Assembly (NCBI RefSeq): GCF_002310835.1
Contig: NZ_CP011041.1
Span: 3,030,001 to 3,062,000 of the forward strand
Source: Pseudoalteromonas tetraodonis
GTDB lineage: Bacteria > Pseudomonadota > Gammaproteobacteria > Enterobacterales > Alteromonadaceae
Length of the DNA stretch: 32,000 bases
Direction: 5' to 3'
Part shown: piece by piece, positions 26,825-32,000 of the stretch
Numbering within the stretch: the first letter of the stretch is position 1
Layout of the letters: each line of letters opens with the position of its first letter
Made by a program: the position numbers and the translations under genes
The notes under the pieces: model-generated
The model's input: only the letters and a program-made list of their open reading frames with translations
The model's database searches: none
Told to the model about the DNA's origin: nothing

Positions 26825-29800
26825 TTATAGGTTTCGCTTTCGCCATAATAAATACACCGCGGGTAACACCAGCAATGTTAAAACAATGGCGCTAAACATA
26901 CCGCCAACCATGGGGGCGGCTATTCGACTCATTACTTCACTCCCCGTGCCTGTGCCATATAACACCGGTAACAGGCCAATCACTATGGTTGCTACCGTCA
27001 TCATTACAGGGCGAACGCGCAAACCGGCGCCTTCTAATATGGCATGCTTAAGCTGCTCAATACTTATGCTTTTTCCTAATTGAGCGGCGGCCTCTACTTG
27101 CGCTTTATAGGCTTGGTTTAAATACACCAACATAATAACGCCTATTTCTACGGCCACCCCAGCAAGGGCAATAAAGCCGACCCCCACAGCAACAGAGAAA
27201 TTAAAGCCTTCTAAATACATGAGCCAAATACCCCCTATCATTGCCAGTGGTAATGTCGCCATAATAATAAATACTTCAGTGAAGCTTCTAAAATTCAGGT
27301 AAAGCAGTACCACAATAATGGCTAAGGTTAACGGCAACACATAACTCAGTTTCGCCTTAGCGCGCTCCATGTATTCATATTGCCCTGCCCAAGTTATAGA
27401 ATACCCTGCGGGTAAAATTAGCTGCTCGTTTAGTAACTGCTGAGCACTTTCTACGTAGCTGCCAATGTCAGTATCTTTAATATCAATAAAGCTCCAACCA
27501 TTTAAACGGGCATTTTCACTTTTTATGCCAGGAGGGCCATCGCTAATGTATACATCAGCCACGTCGGCAAGTGCAATGCGTTGCCCAGCAGGGGTTACAA
27601 TAGGCAGCAGCATTAACTCCTCTGGTGAATCACGATACGCTTGCGGATAACGAATATTAACCGGGTATCGCTCTTGACCCTCAACCGTTTCAGTCACGTT
27701 CATTCCCCCAATGGCGGTTGCGACCACTTGCTGCACATCTGCAATATTTAAACTATAACGCGCTGCTTTTTCACGGTTAATATCGACCTTGATATAACGC
27801 CCACCCGCTACTCGCTCTGAGTAAACCGATGCGGTACCTGGAAGATCTTTAAGCAGTACTTCTATTTGTTGACCTATTTTTTGAATTTCACTCAAATTCG
27901 GCCCCGCGACTTTTATACCCACAGGGGTTTTAATCCCTGTAGCCAGCATATCTATTCGCGTTTTGATAGGCATTACCCAAGCGTTTGTGAGTCCTGGGAA
28001 CTTTACTAAAGCATCCAGCTCTTGTTTGAGCTTTTTGGTGGTCATGCCTTCGCGCCACTGATCTTTAGGCTTAAACTGTATAAAGGTTTCAATCATGGTG
28101 AGTGGTGCCGGATCGGTTGCCGTTTCCGCTCGTCCAATTTTACCAAATACGGTTTTCACCTCGGGCACAGTGGCAATCAGCTTATCGGTTTGCTGTAATA
28201 GCTCGCGCGCTTTACCAATAGAAATCCCAGGGTAAGTGGTTGGCATATACATTAAATCCCCCTCATCAAGAGGTGGAATAAACTCACTGCCTATTTTATT
28301 TACCGGATAAAAGCCCACTAAAGTAATAATCAGTGCCACCAACAAGGTGCTTTTGGGGAATTTTAAGACTGTGTTTAACAGTGGCTTATAACTATTTACT
28401 AGTAAACGGTTTACCGGATTTTTATTTTCAGATATCACCTTACCGCGAATAAAGTACCCCATCAGTACGGGTACTAAGGTAATTGCTAAGCCGGCAGATG
28501 CCGCCATTGCATAGGTTTTTGTGTAAGCCAATGGCGCAAACATTCGCCCTTCTTGAGCTTCTAAAATAAACACCGGCATAAAGCTAACTGTAATGATTAA
28601 TAAGCTAAAAAATAATGCAGGCCCTACTTCACTGGCAGAATCAATCACCACTTGCCAACGATTTTCATCGGTCAGCGGTTTTTTCTCCATGTGTTTGTGC
28701 ATGTTTTCAATCATCACAATCGCACCATCGGTCATGGCACCTATCGCTATAGCAATCCCGCCTAATGACATGATATTGGCGTTAATCCCTTGCCAATGCA
28801 TAATAATAAAAGCGGTGAGTATGCCTAACGGTAAGGTAATAATAGCCACCAGCGATGAGCGTACATGGAATAAAAACACCACACACACTAAAGCAACTAC
28901 AATCAGCTCTTCCATCAATTTAGAGGTGAGGTTATCAACTGCGTCTTTTATTAAATGAGAGCGGTCGTACACAGGTACAATTTCAACCCCCTCGGGCAGG
29001 CCTTTTTTAAGTGACTCCAATTTAGCTTTGACGAGCTCTATAGTTTTTTGCGCGTTTTCACCAAAGCGCATCACTACTACGCCACCAGCCACTTCGCCTT
29101 CGCCGTTAAGCTCGGCAACACCACGGCGCATTTGAGGACCTAAACGCACATTAGCAACATCACGTAACTGTAGTGCAGTACCGTTAGCGTTTATACCTAA
29201 AGGAATCGCTTCTAAATCAGCCACACTTTTTACATAGCCAGTGCTGGTAACCATGTATTCGGCTTCTGCCATTTCAACAACTGATGCCCCCATTTCTTGG
29301 TTGCCTTGCTTAATGGCAGTTTGAATAAGGCTTAGCGGAATACCATAGGCACGTAACTTATCGGGCTGTACGTTAACTTGGTATTGTTTCACCATGCCAC
29401 CTACCGATGCTACTTCGGATACACCGGGCACAGTTTGCAGTTCAAACTTTAAAAACCAATCTTGTAAACTGCGTAGTTGGCTTATGTCATGCTTACCTGT
29501 GGTATCAGTGAGTGCATATAAATACACCCAACCAACTCCTGTGGCATCGGGGCCTAGCTCTGCAATTGCCGTATTGGGTAAACGCGCAGATACTTGACTT
29601 AAATATTCTTGAACACGACTTCGCGCCCAATATAAATCAGTGTCTTCGTCAAAAATAACGTACACGTAGGAGTCACCAAAAAACGAAAAACCGCGTACTG
29701 TTTGCGCCCCTGGTACCGATAACATCGCCGTGGTTATAGGAAATGTGACCTGATCTTGCACTACTTGCGGCGCTTGCCCAGGGTAAGATGTTTTAACAAT

Positions 29801-29941
29801 AACCTGTACATCAGATAAATCGGGTAAGGCATCTACTGGGGTGTTTTTTACAGTATACAAGCCGCCACCAATCAATATAGCGGTCAGTAACAGTACAAAA
29901 AAACGATTAACAACAGACCAGCGAATAATTGCAGTAATCAT
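26825..29941 (-). CDS. cusA: Cu(I)/Ag(I) efflux RND permease CusA
   Basis: Colinear with E. coli CusA from [14 protein letters not shown] (E. coli MIEWIIRRSVANRF). The three-methionine Cu/Ag site is conserved in context ([26 protein letters not shown]). I place the start at the ATG at 29941, with AGGAG 5 nt upstream. Confidence 0.93.
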   Translation of the reverse strand: MITAIIRWSVVNRFFVLLLTAILIGGGLYTVKNTPVDALPDLSDVQVIVKTSYPGQAPQVVQDQVTFPITTAMLSVPGAQTVRGFSFFGDSYVYVIFDEDTDLYWARSRVQEYLSQVSARLPNTAIAELGPDATGVGWVYLYALTDTTGKHDISQLRSLQDWFLKFELQTVPGVSEVASVGGMVKQYQVNVQPDKLRAYGIPLSLIQTAIKQGNQEMGASVVEMAEAEYMVTSTGYVKSVADLEAIPLGINANGTALQLRDVANVRLGPQMRRGVAELNGEGEVAGGVVVMRFGENAQKTIELVKAKLESLKKGLPEGVEIVPVYDRSHLIKDAVDNLTSKLMEELIVVALVCVVFLFHVRSSLVAIITLPLGILTAFIIMHWQGINANIMSLGGIAIAIGAMTDGAIVMIENMHKHMEKKPLTDENRWQVVIDSASEVGPALFFSLLIITVSFMPVFILEAQEGRMFAPLAYTKTYAMAASAGLAITLVPVLMGYFIRGKVISENKNPVNRLLVNSYKPLLNTVLKFPKSTLLVALIITLVGFYPVNKIGSEFIPPLDEGDLMYMPTTYPGISIGKARELLQQTDKLIATVPEVKTVFGKIGRAETATDPAPLTMIETFIQFKPKDQWREGMTTKKLKQELDALVKFPGLTNAWVMPIKTRIDMLATGIKTPVGIKVAGPNLSEIQKIGQQIEVLLKDLPGTASVYSERVAGGRYIKVDINREKAARYSLNIADVQQVVATAIGGMNVTETVEGQERYPVNIRYPQAYRDSPEELMLLPIVTPAGQRIALADVADVYISDGPPGIKSENARLNGWSFIDIKDTDIGSYVESAQQLLNEQLILPAGYSITWAGQYEYMERAKAKLSYVLPLTLAIIVVLLYLNFRSFTEVFIIMATLPLAMIGGIWLMYLEGFNFSVAVGVGFIALAGVAVEIGVIMLVYLNQAYKAQVEAAAQLGKSISIEQLKHAILEGAGLRVRPVMMTVATIVIGLLPVLYGTGTGSEVMSRIAAPMVGGMFSAIVLTLLVLPAVYLLWRKRNL

Positions 29942-29949
29942 AACCACTC

Positions 29950-31449
29950 CTACTCGTGCTGACTGTGCATAGCATGCACAGAAGTCATTGTATGGATCAC
30001 AAACTCACCTTGCTCAATACTAAAGGTAAATGTAACTTCATCATTTAGCTTAAACGCCTCAATGGTTACATTTTTTGCTAACACAAAGTCCATAGTTGCA
30101 GGTCCGCGCCCCCACTTTTCAATCGCCTCACGGCTAATATTCATAACCCGCGTGCTAGGGTCAATGCTGTTGATAACCCCATTCACAGTAGCCATGCTTG
30201 GGTCACTATCACTCATTGCCATTGTGCTGTGCGAAGGGGCTTGCATACGCTTAAAGTCAGAGCTTTTACTCGACTCTGAATCAATTAAAAACTGTGCTGA
30301 AGTAACCACTTCATCTTCAGCCATAACACCCGATAAAATCTCAGTATGAGTCGCATCGCTTCGCCCTAAGGTTACTTCAACCGATTTAAAACGCCCCTCA
30401 CCAAGCGCAATTACAATGCGGTTTTGGCTACCAGTGCGAATAACCGCCTCTTTAGGCACAATTAACTGCTTTTCAGCTTTTTGGCTATGAATACTCACTT
30501 GCGCAAACATATTTGGTTTTAACTGATGACCTTCGTTATTAAAGCGCAAACGCACTCGTAAAGTACGATTTTTAGCATCTAAAGTAGGGTAAATATAATC
30601 CACTTGCCCTTGCCAACGTTGACCACTTAAATAATCGAGTGTCATGGTTACCGGTAAGCCAACACGGATCAGCTCAGCTTGGCGTTCAAATACCTCAGCC
30701 TCAACCCACACTTCGTCAAGCTGAGCAATACTCATCATTGATGTATCTGGTTTAACGTAAAACCCTTCACGAATATTAAGCTCATCAACAACGCCACCTT
30801 GGCGAGAATAAAAAGTAATATTTTGTAGCACTTGCTGACTTTTTTGTAAGCGTGAAATAAAACCCTCAGACACATTAAGCGATTTTAAACGTGCTTTAGC
30901 CGCCCGAATTAACACCGGATTATTGCGCTTTAACGCTAAAACAAACTCTTCTTGGGCATTGACTAATTGCGGTGAATACAAGGTATAAAGTGGCTCATCT
31001 TGTTTAACCTGATCGCCTGCGGCCTTCACATATAATGTCTCTACCCAGCCCTCTACCCGCGGATGAATATGAATGAGCTGGTCTTGGTTATACTGTACAT
31101 AGCCTACCGTGTTGACTTCATTTTCCAGCGCTGCAAACTCCACCGGTGTCGTACGTACACCTAAGTTGTTGATCACGGTAGGTGAAATTTTAACACTGCC
31201 GGGGCCTTCATTGGCGCCACTGTCTGACTCTTCATAAACAGGCACTAAATCCATACCCATAGGTGATAAACCCGGTTCATCACGACGATAATTACTGTCC
31301 ATTGGTGCCACCCAATAAAGCGGCTCTTTTTTACTACTGGTTTTGTCATTGCTTGGCATAGTGTGCTCAGCTGGCAAGCTCAATAACACCCCGGCCGTCA
31401 GCGCTGCACTGCATATAGCCACCAATGACAATTTTAAATTAGTATTCAT
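29950..31449 (-). CDS. cusB: Cu(I)/Ag(I) efflux membrane-fusion protein CusB with a fused C-terminal CusF-like domain
   Basis: The N-terminal metal-site region [27 protein letters not shown] corresponds to the E. coli CusB region YWYDPM...SPFMDMDLVPKY. A barrel-sandwich/beta-barrel MFP core follows. The last ~98 aa align to CusF. The start overlaps the cusC stop by 11 nt (ATGAATACTAA). Confidence 0.9.
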   Translation of the reverse strand: MNTNLKLSLVAICSAALTAGVLLSLPAEHTMPSNDKTSSKKEPLYWVAPMDSNYRRDEPGLSPMGMDLVPVYEESDSGANEGPGSVKISPTVINNLGVRTTPVEFAALENEVNTVGYVQYNQDQLIHIHPRVEGWVETLYVKAAGDQVKQDEPLYTLYSPQLVNAQEEFVLALKRNNPVLIRAAKARLKSLNVSEGFISRLQKSQQVLQNITFYSRQGGVVDELNIREGFYVKPDTSMMSIAQLDEVWVEAEVFERQAELIRVGLPVTMTLDYLSGQRWQGQVDYIYPTLDAKNRTLRVRLRFNNEGHQLKPNMFAQVSIHSQKAEKQLIVPKEAVIRTGSQNRIVIALGEGRFKSVEVTLGRSDATHTEILSGVMAEDEVVTSAQFLIDSESSKSSDFKRMQAPSHSTMAMSDSDPSMATVNGVINSIDPSTRVMNISREAIEKWGRGPATMDFVLAKNVTIEAFKLNDEVTFTFSIEQGEFVIHTMTSVHAMHSQHE

Positions 31450-32000
31450 AGGTTAGCTCCTGCTGTGATAAGTTTTTTAAGCTGGCGTCATCAGCACTGG
31501 CGTAATAATTTAACCGTGCAATAATAATTTTTTGATCAACATGAATATTAAGTGCGTCTATTTTGGCATTTAATTCGCTAATCCGCGCTTGCATCACATC
31601 CGAAAAATTACCATCATCGCGAGTATAAGCATTAAGGGTCGCTTGGGATTGCTCGGCCATTTGCGGCAATAATTTAGTTTTATAGAGCGCTGCTCGCTGA
31701 CTTAATCGTGTTAGTTGGCTGACTTCCTTAAAGTACATTCCTTGTAGCTTTTTAAGGGCAATTAATTTTTGTGTTTTTGCCTCTTCGCTATCAGCAATCG
31801 CGGCATTAACGAGTTGATCTTGGCGATTGTCGGTAAATAACGGTAAATCGATACTCACTCCCACAGAGAAAAGGTCTGCTCGCGAGCCCCCCATTGGCAT
31901 ATCATCACGATAACCATATCCCATATTCACACCAATTTGCGGTTTATAGCCTTGCTCAGCCACACTGATTTGAGTTTGCTTTGCCTCTATTGCATTATCA
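31439..32000 (-). CDS. cusC: Outer-membrane efflux factor, TolC/CusC family. Partial: the N-terminus lies beyond the window.
   Basis: The frame stays open upstream of the track's start (a GTG at 31963) to the window edge. The C-terminal half has the TolC-type repeat (SVGVSIDLPLFTDNRQD, coiled helices). It is translationally coupled to cusB. Confidence 0.8.
   Translation of the reverse strand, partial: DNAIEAKQTQISVAEQGYKPQIGVNMGYGYRDDMPMGGSRADLFSVGVSIDLPLFTDNRQDQLVNAAIADSEEAKTQKLIALKKLQGMYFKEVSQLTRLSQRAALYKTKLLPQMAEQSQATLNAYTRDDGNFSDVMQARISELNAKIDALNIHVDQKIIIARLNYYASADDASLKNLSQQELTYEY

Overview
The window looks like core chromosome from a low-GC marine gammaproteobacterium. Protein similarities and the long-form PstC/PstA suggest Alteromonadales, possibly Pseudoalteromonas, but this is inference with no search run. 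Left to right:
- a 5'-complete, 3'-truncated methyl-accepting chemotaxis gene (minus strand, missing from the ORF track because its stop codon lies beyond the window edge)
- a stand-alone tRNA with anticodon CAU
- a 52-codon Pmp3/YqaE proteolipid gene (also missing from the track)
- an OsmY-like BON protein
- a DUF1707/LiaF-like protein
- a VOC/glyoxalase protein
- suhB
- an EAL-CBS-GGDEF protein
- the conserved queA-tgt-yajC-secD-secF cluster (minus strand)
- a dual-receiver PAS-GGDEF-EAL protein
- a 67-aa membrane protein
- an OxyR-like regulator
- a phosphate block: pstC-pstA-pstB-phoU followed by DUF47-pitA
- a GcvR-like ACT protein
- an orphan acidic helical ORF
- a cusC(partial)-cusB-cusA copper/silver efflux operon

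I found no integrase, transposase, CRISPR array, toxin-antitoxin pair or recognisable defence genes. The most unusual feature is non-coding. Two tandem copies of a 264-bp element fill the queA / GGDEF-EAL intergenic region. They are identical over 249 nt, and copy 1 is closed by a perfect 24-nt inverted repeat around two long internal hairpins. This could be a MITE-like mobile element or a large structured RNA. I cannot decide between these without copy-number or transcript data.

Secondary observations:
- a textbook Pho box in front of pstC
- a pst operon without pstS whose permeases carry very large periplasmic insertions
- a CusB with a fused, ligand-degenerate CusF-like domain
- a candidate sigma-54 promoter
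- degenerate receiver and GGDEF motifs in the two c-di-GMP proteins
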